The notes under the pieces: generated by a model
The model's database searches: none
Told to the model about the DNA's origin: nothing
Seen by the model: only the letters and a program-made list of their open reading frames with translations
Translations under genes and position numbers: made by a program
Shown: piece by piece, positions 24,130-37,346 of the stretch
Layout: each line of letters starts with the position of its first letter
Position numbering within the stretch: the stretch's first letter is position 1
Assembly (NCBI GenBank): GCA_008632985.1
Contig: QPGO01000007.1
Coordinates: 496,001-560,000 of the forward strand
DNA: 64,000 nt
Reading direction: 5' to 3'
From: Psammoneis japonica
Taxonomy: Eukaryota

Positions 24130-24766
24130 GGGGTGTTGACCACGAATCACAAAGGAGCTGCCACAAAACTCTCTTTCACACTTTCAAAACCAAGAAGCTG
24201 TGTTTGCTGCGGCCAGCAAAACAAGAAGACCCGCACACCTGACAAAGACATTTGCAAGCTTTTGCACTTTGTCAGTGCATGTGCCTCACAACTTTGCAAA
24301 GACGCATCAAATGCAAAACAACAGCTCCCCACCATGCTTTCTTGCAAAAAAGTGCTGCACAGCATTGACATTGTTGTCAATGACAGTTGGCTGCCTCAAT
24401 GCCCATGAAGTTCCTTGGGCCCAACAGGGTGCCATCTTCAAGCTGGCACACAAAAACTTTGGTGGTGAGACACTTCTTGGCAAAACGATCTTTCCTGTGG
24501 AAGGAGGGGCACATCTCTCCCCTTTGAAAAGGTTTCAAAAAATGTGCTCTGCAAAGCAGTGCAGGTTTCCTCCATGTGCTGCTGGCTCTGCTGCAATTGT
24601 TGCCAGACAACAAACACAGGTTGCAGAGATTGTGCTGTGCAACAAGCAGTGGTTGGCAGACAACTGCTGCAACCCAGACAGTCAAAACACGAGGGTTGTT
24701 GCACCCAATGAACTCCACAAGCAGAGGCAGTGTCACACCAAGTAGATGCAGCTGCAAAACTCTTGG
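24130..24766 (+). pseudogene. Inverted, hypermutated paralogue of the 22461-22990 gene, interrupted by the Copia element
   Basis: DVCKLSYF vs DICKLLHF; LIGKTIF vs LLGKTIF; QTEVAKIMVCTREWLRKYYYKP vs QTQVAEIVLCNKQWLADNCCNP. Confidence 0.75.
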
Positions 24767-25011
24767 TGACAGGATTTGAACAAGATTTTAGTTTGTCACA
24801 CATGATCATGTGTGCTCTCAGCTCTGTGTGCATCGCACGATGCAGTTTGCTTTCGAGCCACACGGCTCACAAGAACAACAACAGCAGCGCCGACATCACA
24901 ACACCAGTCTTTCAGCTCCTGTGATGGTCTCTGCACGGAGACTCATCTGCCATTTAGACAGCAGCAAGGAGTTGTTGTTTTCTTCCACCCAGTCATCTTC
25001 ATTTTCTGTCA
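24767..25011 (+). repeat. Copia 5' LTR
   Basis: Colinear, indel-free match to 31425-31669. Confidence 0.95.
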
Positions 25012-25814
25012 GATTAACAGTCTTGCTCTTTGTTGTCCATTGAGCGTTCATCATCGTCATCGAGAAATTTTTGATGACGCGCACCGTTGGTGGTGGAAGC
25101 ACATGTCTGCCTTCTTCACTGCTGGACACTGGATTAAATCTACACGTTTGGATTTATCCAATGCCTCCCATCGTTGGATGTGTTCATTCAACGGACATTT
25201 GTTTGACCAGGAATTCCCGAATTCTCAGACATCTGAGATTCCGGATTCCTTGCAGCGGATCCTGCCAATCCATCTGCTCGCGTCCACGCGCACACGACAC
25301 AAACCCTTGACTCTGGCCCTGCTCTACACACGCCAAGTCCATCGCCTTGCATCTGCACCAGATTGCTGGTCTTCTGCAGTCCTGCAAGGTCCATGAGGAC
25401 AACTGTGAGAGGAAGGAGCAGTTCGTGATCACAGCCTGCGTTGAGGCGAGGGTGCATTTCCCACATTTGTTCATCCCTCCACAGCGCCAAATTTGGCCGG
25501 CCTGATCGGGTCATCCAACTGATGTAAAATGAGAATGGTTCAGAGGTCTTGTCCACCTCTGGTTGGCTTGTCAGCAGGGGTTTTTAACCCGTTGCTCTGC
25601 TCTCAGGCAACCCAAAGCGTCGCCAGCTGCGGGTTTGGACGTGCCGGCACAACTCTGCAGACCGGACAGGAAGCTCAGCACTCAACTACGAATGGGACAT
25701 CACAGCCCAGCAGCTTCTGACTCTTGAGATGGTTCAAGACATCAAGTCAAGATTCAAGTCATTTCAAGCTCACCCTCTGACTCTAGCTGGTTCCGACATC
25801 CACCCAGTTGCAAC

Positions 25815-28800
25815 ATGGTTCTCACCAGGCAACAACAAATCGATGGCCTCAAGCACATTCTAGGCACTGTTCTGAATCAAGCCGCAGACAGTCCATTGCG
25901 CTCCGCTCTCAACATTGATGGAGCTGATTTGCATCAGGACCTTTTTGCTTTTACTCTGACACAACTGGATGCCCTTGTGTGCAACGATGGCACCAATCAG
26001 ATGCCCTTGCCACGTGGTTACAAAGCACAGACAGCTGCGCTGATTAGCCTGTGCACGGTGAAAGCGCACGGCGGCGCGGATGTCAGCAACAACCCTCAAT
26101 TGTTCACTCACGAGGAGTTCACTGACTGTCGTCTTAGTCCTGAGCATGCAGCATCCCTCTCCATGGGTGCAGCGCCATCTGCTCCCACCCCTGGCTCTTT
26201 GCCACCCAAACCACGTGACCCTGTACGTGACTTTAAACGAGGCATCAAACGCGACCCACTCACCTTCGCGACTCTCAAGTCAGACAAACAGTGGCACATG
26301 TGGCACACCTCCATCATCGCACAGGCCCGCTCCCAGGACATCGAACTTGTTCTTGATCCAAAGCACAAGCCCTCTGCAGCTGAGGTCAAGGCCCTGTTTG
26401 ATGAACAACAGAAGTGCATGTTCGCCGCATTTGAACGGATCTTGCAAAATGACAAAGGCAAGGCGCTTGTTCGTCAACATGTTGGCTCCTCTGATGCTCA
26501 AGCGGTGCATCGTGACCTTTCCAAGTGCGCCCTCACTTCTGCTCGCGCATCCCTGGAGTCCTTGACCCTTCTCACGTACCTCACCACTGCTCGCCTTGGT
26601 GATGGCACATGGAAGGGATCCACCCATGCCTTCACACTTCACTGGCAGGACCAGCTCCGCAAGTGTGAAGCTCTTGTCCTGGGTGCGGACCATTTCTCTG
26701 CTGGCCAGAAACATGTCATGCTTGAGAACGCCGTCCATCCCATCGAAGAACTCCGTTTGGCAAAGAATCAAGCTGATCAGTTCTGCACGCAGAATGGAAA
26801 GGGTCTCTCTTACGAAGAGTGCTGTGGACTTCTGCTTTCTGCTGCAGCACAGTGCGACAGCACGTTCACCCCCAAGACCACTCCTTGCACTCCACGCTGT
26901 GCCATCTACGAACATGACCTGGTTCCCAATGACCCTGACGATGATGCATTCTTTGACATCGACAGTGATGTTGACATCATCCAAGCTTGTGCTGCACAGA
27001 CAAGCAGCAACTCCCTCACCAGGGAACAATGGCGTCGCATTCTGCCGGACCATCAGCGCATTTGGGACACCTTGCCCCAGTCCACCAAGGCCATCGTTCT
27101 TGGCTCGCGCAGTGCCCACACCGGCAACTGCCATGACTCGACGATGGTCAACCTGCACGACCTCCGTCTTGGCAGCAACGGCGATGTCAACTTGTCTGCC
27201 AACACCCATGATCTTGCATCGGAACTCGCACCATCTGACGCTGCCACCGACATGGCCGATGCTAACCCCATCCTCGCCCATCTCACGCGGCGCAAGCCTT
27301 TGCCACCCGGCAATTTGCAATGCCTCCTGGCACCTGAATGGCCCCCCTCCGCCTGCTCTGGTGAGAACCCCCCAGATCTACACCTTCTGTCCACTCCGAC
27401 AAGAAATCCAATGGATCTGTGTCCTTCCACACCGCCAACACTGACACTGAGCTTGACGGTCATAAACACCATTGCATCAACAACCACAATGTCATCCACT
27501 CTGCCTCGACCCACAAGTCAACTCGCAAAGGTGCTCTCGTGGATCGTGGTGCAAACGGCGGCATCGCCGGTGATGATGTTTGTGTCATTGCCCGCACTGG
27601 TTGGCAGGTTGATGTCCAAGGTGTCGATGATCATCAACCAGTCGACATTCCCATTGTCACTGCCGGTGGTGTCATCCACACGCAATGCGGCCCTGCCATT
27701 GCCACCCTTCACCAGTGTGCCTGCACTGGAAAGGGGAAGACGACACACTCTTGCGGCCAGCTCGAGTGGTGCAAACACGACGTCAACAATCGGTCCATCA
27801 AGGTTCCCAATGGTCTGCAGCGCATCACCACCATTGATGGATGTGTCACCCCCATTGACACCAAAGCCGGCCTCCCGCACATTGCCACATGCCCGCACAC
27901 CCACGCCAAATGGGACACTCTGCCGCATGTCATTCTCACTGGTGATGACACATGGGACCCATCTGTCCTTGACCACCAGTTCACCGATGATGAAAAGTGG
28001 TGTGATGCCATGTCTGACCTCCAAGACGACCCGACCACCAACCTCTTTGATGAGTTTGGCAACTGTCGTCACCGCCACATCGTCAACAACGCCATGCTTG
28101 CCGACTCCGTCCTTGGTGATCACCTGCTCCTGACATCTGATCTCTTCTGTGAATGCCATGAGCACGAACTCCATCCCAAGGATCCCGACTTTGAGTCCCT
28201 CCACCCTCACTTTGGCTTTCTCCCGAAGGACACTGTTCGCTGCACTTTCGATTGTACGATGCAGTGCACCTGCATGCCAGCCAGCACGCACCTGAAAAAG
28301 GTGCACAAATCGCCCAACCCGGCTCTCAACGTCCACCAACGTAATGAACCCGTTGCTGCCGACATGGTCTGCTCCGACACCCCTGCCATTGACTCTGGTT
28401 GCACCAGCACCCAGCTCTTTGTCGGCACGGAATCTCTCGTCACTGACGTGCATGACACCAAAACTGACAAAGAATTTGTCAACACCCTCGAAGACAACAT
28501 TCGCAATCACGGTGCCCTGTCCAAGCTCATCAGCGACCGTGCTCAGGTTGAGATCAGCAACAAGGTTCTTGGCATCCTTCATGCCCTCTTCATCTCCAGT
28601 TGGCAAAGCGAGACTCACCACCAGCATCAGAATTTTGCTGAACGCCACTGCCAAACTGTGAAGACCATGGCCAACACTGTCATGGATCGCTTTGGGTCCC
28701 CGGCTTGCACCTGGCTGCTCGCCATGATGTGCGTGTGTTTTGTGCTCAACCACACGGCGTCCGCCAAGCTCCACTGGCACACCCCCACCGAGGTGCTGTC

Positions 28801-31420
28801 CGGCTCTACTCCCGACATCAGCCCGCTCCTCTGCTTTCAATGGTGGGAACCCGTGTGCTGCCACCTGGATGATTTGGACTGGCCACCCGAATCCCATGAA
28901 TTACGTGGTCGCTTCGTTGGCATTGCCGAACACGTTGGTCACCAAATGACGTTCAAGATTCTTGCTGACGACACTCAGAAGATTCTCTGCCATTCCAACG
29001 TGCGCTCCGCCCGTGATCCGTCTGCTCCAAACCTGCGTCTTGATCCTCCTGACAAGAAATCTGCTGACCCTGTCATTAAATCCCGCCACGACTCCAAGAA
29101 TTTGCCAGATTCACCAGATGGGGAGGTGATCAGGATGCCCAAAATGCCAGTCTTTGACCCCGAGGATGTCACAGGATGCACCTTCCTCATGAAGCCACAA
29201 GAGGATGGACAACACCACAGAGCCCGCATCGTCAAAGCCGTTGAGGACCATGACTGGAAAATCGGAGACAATCCTGAACCAGTCAAGCTCATTTGCTCTG
29301 TCAACAATGATGAATGCGAGGAAGTCCTAGCCTGCAACGACATCATGCACCACATTGAGCAAGAAGACGAGGACACCACCCTCTGGAAGTTCCGATGCAT
29401 CGCATCGCACAAAGGACCATTGCAACCCCATGATCCCTCTTGGAAAGGCTCAAGCTACAACGTCATGCTTGAATGGGAGAATGGGGAGATCATGTCCGAA
29501 CCTCTTGCCATCATTGCCAAGGATGACCCCGTCACCTGTGCCATCCATGCACATGAGCATGGCCTTCTAGAAACCGAAGGATGGAGACGTTTTCGCAAGA
29601 TGGCCCTTCATCAGAAGAAGCCATTCCGCATGGCCAACCAAGCCAAGTTACGTTCCTTTTGTGCTGCTGCGCCACGGCACAAGTGTGGGTGTGAAGTGCC
29701 ACGGGACTGCAAGCATGCCATGGCCCTTGATGAACGTAACAGCAACCACAAGTGGGGAGACGCAACGGACCTCCAGATGACTCAGCTTGATGAGCACGAG
29801 GTCTTCCACGACTGCGGACACTACAAGGATTCCAGTGCTCCATCAGGGCACAAGAAGATCCGGGTGCATCTCGTCTGTGACATCAAACATGATGGATGGC
29901 ACAAAGCAAGGCTTGTTGCCAATGGACACCTCACAGACGTGCCCGTCGACAGTGTCCATTCCGGAGCAGTGTCTCTCTGTGGCCTGCAAATGATGATCTT
30001 CCTGGCCGAACTCAACGAACTAGAGACCTGGGCCACTGACATTGGGAATGCCTGTCTTGAAGCTGCGACCAAGGAGAAGCTGTACATTGCAGCAGGCCCC
30101 AAGTTTGGTGACCTGGAAGGACACATCCTTGTCATCCACAAGGCCTTGTGCGGACTCTGCAGCTCTGGCCTCAGATGGCATGAATGCTTTGCCAATTGCT
30201 TGCGTGCTGAAGGTTTCTTTCCGTGCAAAGCCTGACCCGACATCTGGCTGTGCAGGAATGGTGACCACTGCGAATGCGTGGCAGTGCATGTGGATGACCT
30301 GGCCTTTGCCATGAAGGACCCCCAGGCTTTTGCAGACACCCTCATGGAGAAATGCAAGTTCAAGCTCAAGGGCACTGGACCATTGGAGTTCCATCTTGGT
30401 TGCGACTTCACCCGTGACCCAGACGGCACCCTGTGCCTTGCTCCCCGCAAGCACATTGAGCACATGGTTGACAACTGCACACACCTCTTTGGGGAGAAGC
30501 CCCGCACTGATGTGCTTTCACCCCTTGACAAGGGTGACCACCCTGAGCTCAACACCTCCGAATTGCTCAAACCGGATGGCATCCACCAACTCCAATCCTT
30601 GATTGGATCCCTGCAATGGGCCGCATCTCTGGGTCGCATTGACGTTGCTGCGGCTGTCATGTCCCTGTCCAGCTTGAGTGCAGTGCCCCGTCAAGGCCAC
30701 CCAGACCGTGCCAAACGCATCTGCGGATTCCTCTCCAAGATGCATCATGGTGCCCTCCGAGTGTGCACCGAGGAGCCCGACTGTTCAGACCTCCCTGAGC
30801 CCATGCATGACTGGGCTCAATCTGTGCATGGGGAGGTAGAAGAGCTGCTCCCGCAAGATGCACCCAAGCTGCTTGGCAAGTTCATCACCACCACACACTG
30901 CATTGATGCGAACTTGTTCCATTGCATGCTCACTGGATGCTCTGTCACCGGCATCCTCCATTTCCTCAACAAGTTTCCGGCTGATTGGTTCTCTAAGAAA
31001 CAAGCAACAGTTGAGACTGCTGTGCATGGATCCGATTTTGTTGCCGCAAGGACATGCGTTGAGCAGATCATTGATCTGCGCATCACTTTGCATCACCTTG
31101 GCGTTCCCACTCGTGAAACATGTCACATGTTTGGGGACAACAAGTCAGTTGTGGACAGTGCTGCCATCCCGCACTCCAAGTTGCACAAGTGACACACTGC
31201 CCTCTCATTCCATCGTGTGTGTGAGGCAATTGCCTGTGGTTTCCTCAAGTTTCATTTTGTCGAAGGCTCCCGCAACCCAGCTGACATCCTCAGCAAGCAT
31301 TGGGGTTGCTCCCAAATCTGGAACCTCCTTCATCCTCTGATGTTTTGGAACTTCGATCCCGAGGCTTTCAACCAATCCGACTTTTTGAATCTGTCGCTGT
31401 TGACCCCTCAAGCAAACTGG
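25815..31420 (+). pseudogene. Copia gag-pol (gag 25815-~27400; protease, integrase, RT, RNase H 27419-~31400)
   Basis: Protease LVDRGANGG; integrase DMVCSD / ISDRAQ / QNFAER; RT KARLVA, DIGNACL, KALCGL, HVDDL; RNase H IDANL, GDNKSV, NPADILSK. Frameshift near 27350; in-frame TGA at 30233 and 31190. Confidence 0.92.
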
Positions 31421-31424
31421 GGAG

Positions 31425-31669
31425 TGACAGGATTTGAACAAGATTTTGGTTTGTCACACACAATTGTGTGTGCTCTCAGTTCCGTGCGTGTCGCGCGATG
31501 CAGTTTGCTTTCGAGCCACACGGCTCACAAGAATGATGACAGCAGCACCAACATCACGACACCAGTCTTTCAGCTCCTGCAATGGTCTCTGCACGGAGAC
31601 TCATCTGCCATTTAGACAGCAGCAAGGAGTTGTTGTTTTCTTCCACCCAGTCATCTTCATTTTCTGTCA
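31425..31669 (+). repeat. Copia 3' LTR
   Basis: Match to 24767-25011; followed by TSD CTTGG. Confidence 0.95.
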
Positions 31670-33536
31670 CTTGGAGCAAGCAGTGCTGCTTGAAGTCCAT
31701 TGCCAACACTGTGAATGCTGCAAAGTTCTCAACAGGTGTTTCACAGGTGCCAAAGGTCATCCTGCAATGAGCACACCTCTCTGAGTGCAAAGCCGTTTTT
31801 GTTGCTGATGGCTGTGTGGTGACAGGGGGGAAACATTGAAGGACCCCAACACAAGCATTCAGCCTGTTGCAACTGTGACTTGTGCACTCATTCCTGCAGC
31901 TGCAATGTTCATGACAAGGGGCACCCTTCCAGCAAAATGCTCTGAGTTGGATCCACCCCCGAGTGTCTTTTGCTTCTTCAGGACGAAGAGCAAGGCACTG
32001 GCTCTGGCAAGACCACCCGCTGCAGGAGCCCAAGAAAAGCAGTCAAGGACATTCCTTTTGCATTGGCCACTCTCGTCAGTGGCACCAAAAAGGTTCGTGA
32101 GGACCAGCCTGTCTGCTTCAAGGGAGTGGGTGACCCAGGTTGGAGTTGGAGCCACCGGGCAAGTTGCAAAGGTCATGCGGGGGCAATCGGTTGTTGTGTG
32201 GTGGCGACGGACGCGCACTTGGAAGCACCCAAGGATTTGCAAGTCTGTCAGGATGTGCAAGCTCCGGTGCAAATCTACGCATGAGCCTGTTGCCATGCGT
32301 GGTGCGAACACCGTAAAAATTTGTGCTGCGTTTTGCAGCAGTCTGCGCAGGGCTTCTGACGGGACGAACTCATCATTTGCAAACAACCATGTGCAAATGT
32401 CACAGATGCCTCGAAGACAAAACGTGATGGAGGGGAGAAAACAGACGGCACACGAAACGTGATGGATGGAGGGGGGACAACAGATGGCACGAAATGTGAT
32501 GGTGGCCACCGTGGATGAAGACAGAGATGAAATGGCTTCAAATGTGGCAGCTCTAAAATCTGCCACCAATTGCCAATCAACCCAATGACTGATTGATTGT
32601 TGCAACGATGAGTGACGATGCATGCTGCTGCAGTTTGCCAAATTGTCATGTGTTTCGACAAGCGCTGATTCACGCTGATGATCCACTTTGGGGTTGCCCG
32701 CTGGCAAGGACACGCGTGACGCAAAACACACGATGCAAGCGTCTCGTCCAAAGCATTGTCCATTGCTTGAAGCCCAAGAGAAGCACCAAAATTTTGTGCA
32801 TTGCCCCTCATCACTGGCCAAGAACAAAAAACAAGACACCACCTAGATGGGAAAGACAGAGATGGAGAATGATGTTGTTAGTTTGTTTGTCATGCCGGCA
32901 CTGCAAATGCATGATGCATCAATGCTGCTTTAAATGTGAACATGCCTTTCTTTGGCACACAGCCTCAAGAGTCATCTGCACAACATTCCAGCCTCCTCGC
33001 TCACATTCCAATCGCATGCTTTCCACGTCACCAAGATTTGCCCCAGTTTTCGGTCCCCGAACAAGGGAGCACTGCTGACCGGCACTCGGTGAGGTCATGG
33101 ACGTCAATGTCCAACCCATTGCACATTGCAGCTGTCATCATTCGTGAAAGCATCAACTGCAGCTTGCTTGGTTCAGTCCAAAAGAGAGCGCAGGACACAC
33201 CACAGCCCCGCTCCGACACAAGGAAGAACATGAGTTGAAAAGAAATGGTGTCGACACCGACACGAAACTGTGAGATGTTGTTCGTCCGCAGGGGTGATGC
33301 ATTGCTCAACAGCTTCTCTGTGTGAGTTACAAAGACGAGCATGTCAAAGAAAATGAGTGAGATGCCGAAACAACAGCACAATTTAGTTCGATTGCGACAG
33401 AGAGCGACAATGAGTCTCGAACCGTGGTGTCAATGCAAAATCCTTTTTTCACCTTGCAATTGGCCGCTTGCCTTCGAAAAAGCAACACAAGCTGTTTGAA
33501 TGTGAAGGCAAAGACTGGTGGACAGCATTGGTGCTG

Positions 33537-36149
33537 TTGCTGTTGTGGTTGGATTTCCCGCCTTCTGTTGTTGACATCAATCAGGAGAAGGGACGCGCTG
33601 GTTGTAGCTTGGGCATGGCAGGGTGTGCTTCTGTCAACTGTGCCTTTCCCTGGAAACGTTCGTGCATTTGTTTCTTCGCATTGTGGATCCTTCGGAGGCT
33701 GAGGTCTCGGCGACGTCCACCACTTTGGAGCTGCAGGATTTGATGCAAGTGCTTTGGATTGTCGTGTTGCCCATGTGTTGCCATCAGGCTTCCTTTGAAG
33801 TGTTGCTGTCGCATCCTGCCTTCGCCGTGCATGTCGACCCATCCTCATTGCCTCCTTGCAATGCATGCAGCTGTTGCTGTGGCACCCATGTGACACTGCA
33901 TCCCGCTTTGAATCGACGCGGGGTGGTTTCCATGCTTTTTAATGTTTTTGTGCATGGCCCTCATGTCATCACGACAATGCGATTGGTTTCCACTGTGGTC
34001 CAATCAATGCGATCCTTTCCCGATGCTCCGGCTTTGCTCTTTGGAAGTGGCTCAGCGAAGGTGCAACACCCAAGGCTGTAAAGCAAACCATTTTAGCCCT
34101 CATTGCCACTGGGATTGTAGTGTGCAAAACGGCAAAGGATGAATCCGACAAGTGTGTTGTGACCTTGTCCCTTGGTCTGTCAGCGCCTGGTGCCAATGAC
34201 TTTGCCATGAATCATGACGCACGTTGGGTGCGCATTCGGACAAAGGCGGTTTAACAATGCATCATTTGCGTTGATCATTTGTGTCACTTTATGTCCAATG
34301 TGCTGTTGCAGCATCATTGCGTCCAATCCATTAAATGCCTCTGACAGCATTTCGTCCTCCTCTTCTCCTTCCATGGCACAAAACAATGGCGCCATTGGTG
34401 ACTCCCGTTCCCGATCCGCTCTTTCCCCGGCTCTCGTTGGCAGATTTTTGCTTTTCATTTTCTCCTTGCCAACCAAGAACACGTTCTTGAAGCCGAGCGC
34501 ATTCACTGCTGCCTTTCTAATTTTGCCAATGGTGCGCTTGCCTGCTTTGGTGTCGATCTCCGCTGCTTCAGCACCTTCCATGGTTTCTTCAGCATCTTCC
34601 TCTGCCGCTTCTTCCGCTTCATCCGAGTGCAATGCACCAATGATCTCAGGGTCCATGGTTGACAACCTCCGGGACGCTCCATCGATGCACGCATCCTCAG
34701 CTGCACGTGCTTCTTCCATTTCTTCTGCCAACTCCATTGCCTCAAACGCTGTGCTTTCGTCGCCTTTGTTGGCCTCTGCATCATGCATTGCATCGGCCAT
34801 GCATGACAACAGAGACTCCTCCTCTGAGCGGCACTCTTCTTGCCATCTCGATGTCTGCTCGGCCTCCGACTCTGCATTCAACACTGTCGTCATGTTGGGT
34901 CGAAAGTTTGGGAGGCACAGGTCGAAAATGGGTTGTGGCCCGCCGTGGCGCAAGCAGCGGCATGCACTGTGGAGCATGAGCAAAAATGGCGTGAGATGGT
35001 GCAACAGTGCCATTGGTGTTTTTGGCACACAACAGCAACACATGATGCGTGTGTTGTCACCTGATGGACCGGGCGCAGCAGGAAAGGCACCGGGGGTGCC
35101 ATCCGCCGCAACATTGGTCACAGCGTTGGCACTGGTGACAAAATCAGTGGTGGGCGCTGCGCAGCCACAGAAAAAAGGTGTCAGTTGGCACCAAATGATT
35201 TCATCAGTTTGGGGCCAATGAGAGACAAAGCAACACAATCACCTGTTGCACCAGTCGGGCAAGGAAAGGTTCCGGGCATGGCAGCTGCGGGAAAGGCAGA
35301 AGCGGCATTGTCATTCATGCCAGAAGCTTCGGCAGGCGGTGGAGCTGAAAAAACAGAGTGTCAGCAAATGAGGTGTCGCTTCGGAAGCAATGGGGCTGCG
35401 ACGGCAATTTCAACAATGTCACCTGTTGCAGTGGGGTGAATGTCATCAGTGCCATCGGTCGCTTCTTCGTCCGAAGTGGGAGGGGACGAATGTTCTGAAA
35501 GACGCGTTCCAGGTCTAGGTGGGACCTCGTACTGCTGAACTGTGACATCGACAGTTTTTTGAATCTCGTCGTATGTCGCGCACGTAGAATTCTACGTGAT
35601 TTTTTTATATTTTGTGTCATTTTACGGTACACTTATTGAGCGATCCGTCCAAAAACTTTTGACATTTTTTGTTACAGCGCGATTCTATAATGTCTTAAGA
35701 ATCGCGTAGGGCAGGTGCATTTGCAAAAACGTCGAGTGGTAAGAGGCATAATTGTACCACAAACTTGGCCGTTTATTTAATGTTGAAGATAAATATATCC
35801 ATTAATTAAATTCTCGTACTACGGACCTCGCACGTAGAATTCTACGGGCCCAATGTCACACGGAGTCCCACCTAGGGCTGGAACGCGTCGAAAGCATCAT
35901 GGCGAGGTTGTTGTGCCGCGTGCTTTTTTTCGCGGTAAAGAGATGGCTGAAAACTGGTCAATTGGTGGGGTCCCTTCGAGGCGGCTCGAGATTTAGGGGA
36001 GAGTGCTGCATGGTTCAGGATTTTTCCTGCAACTGCAAGCCTTTGTGTGCGAATGAAATTGTCTTTGCATTCACACAAATGTGAAAATGCCATGACGTGA
36101 GCATGCATCACCATGACATCACCAACCATGCTCTCCACTGACGCAGGGG
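33537..36149 (-). mobile_element. Partial/rearranged copy A of a TIR element family (terminus CTGACGCAGGGG at 36138-36149)
   Basis: 36149-35040 is the reverse complement of 42478-42858 plus 48004-48340; 33537-34000 matches 48340-48800 in direct orientation; second terminus not found. Confidence 0.7.
35501..35889. mobile_element. 389-bp MITE with 25-bp TIRs and 4-bp TSD GAAA, TpA intact
   Basis: TIRs gacgcgttccaggtctaggtgggac / gtcccacctagggctggaacgcgtc (2 mismatches); GAAA at 35497-500 and 35890-93; empty site visible in the sister copy at ~42725 (minus strand, ...ttctGAAAgcatcat). Confidence 0.9.
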
Positions 36150-36932
36150 TGAACCGCGCCGGATCGGATCGCCGGATCGGATCGCGTCAGAATTCCGTCA
36201 GGGGGGCCCTGGTCGACAGGTGGAACCGGATCGGATCGCGGATCGGATTCGACATTTTGATGAGTCGCAAAACGACGTAAGTTTCAAGATTCCAAATTCT
36301 CAAGAACAACAAAGCACTGAAACACATGGCGAACAACAGAGAGAGTGTGGCCATGATGCTTCACATCTTGTCACAACGAGACGACATGACGACAGAACTG
36401 TGCCATCATTGCTTCTTTGCACACTCACTTGACCGCATCATTGAGCATCATTGTCACTCAGTGTTTGCAGCACGCCAAGGAAGAAAAAGCTGTCGCTTTT
36501 GCAATTCAGAAACTGACGCTGTGTTTTCGCACTGAAATTTCGAATTACATGATGAGTGCTTGTTGTTTTGCTTGTTCAATGTTTCTCCAACAAATCTTTA
36601 CGGCATTGTCGGTTTGACAAGCCATTCCATTGCCATGCGACCTTTTTCATCTCCATTTCAAGCATGGGAAGAGCAAGGCTGTAATGCCAAGGAAGTTCTG
36701 TGCCCTTGTGGCTGAATGTTGTGCCGCCCTGTGTCACAATCGTGTGATGTTGCGCCATTGTCGTGATGACGGCACGCTGGCACGGAATCTTCCAAATTCG
36801 ATCCGACATCCGATCCGAGATGGCGGATCAGTCCCACGAAGGCCACGGATCAACTTTTTGACTCGATGGACTAATGTTTTAATGGGTTGTGAAGGAGTCG
36901 ATCCGGCGATCCGATCCGGCTCGGTTCACCTG
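36148..36932. mobile_element. Putative non-autonomous element bounded by ~32-bp inverted repeats with (GGATC)n subrepeats
   Basis: ggtgaaccgcgccggatcggatcgccggatcg (36148-79) vs cgatccggcgatccgatccggctcggttcacc (36899-930), 1 mismatch; TSD not resolved. Confidence 0.6.
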
Positions 36933-37346
36933 TGGACCGAGCCTCATAAATCATAAATCCTTGGAAGCACCGGGGCGGCCGGCCGCCCGGTGGGCACGGA
37001 GCACGGAGCACTTTCATCGTGGAACCCCACAAATGCGCGGGGACCCGCAACCCGGAAATGTGCAGAGTTGTGCGTGCATGCATGGGAACTCTTCACGTGG
37101 GTTTTGCACCAGAGCTGTCTTGCGAACTGGGCGTTTTTTCGAAATTTTGTCGTAGAAACTGTGCCAGTTTTGCGCACGCAGGCTACATGTTTCAGTGCCA
37201 CATGCAAAAATGAGCGCAGACCTCTGCAGGAGGGTCCCCGCACATTTGCGGGGTTCCACGATGAACTTCACCATTCACCATGCCAAAACTTGAAGAGGCC
37301 TAAAAGCGTCGCATGGATGTTGTCTGTGTTTCAACGTCGTGGCAAG

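Larger units (their letters stand above)
24767..31669 (+). mobile_element. Full-length Ty1/Copia LTR retrotransposon (CoDi-like), inactivated
   Basis: 245-bp LTRs (24767-25011, 31425-31669) with TGACAG...CTGTCA ends; 5-bp TSD CTTGG (24762-66, 31670-74); PPT ggggag before the 3' LTR; order gag-PR-IN-RT-RH. Confidence 0.95.

Noticed and set aside
34180..35238. Long antiparallel ORFs (352/335 aa) and the 327-aa ORF at 31859-32842 as genes
   Set aside because: They lie in converted repeat DNA with no recognisable motif; may be TE-internal remnants but cannot be assigned.
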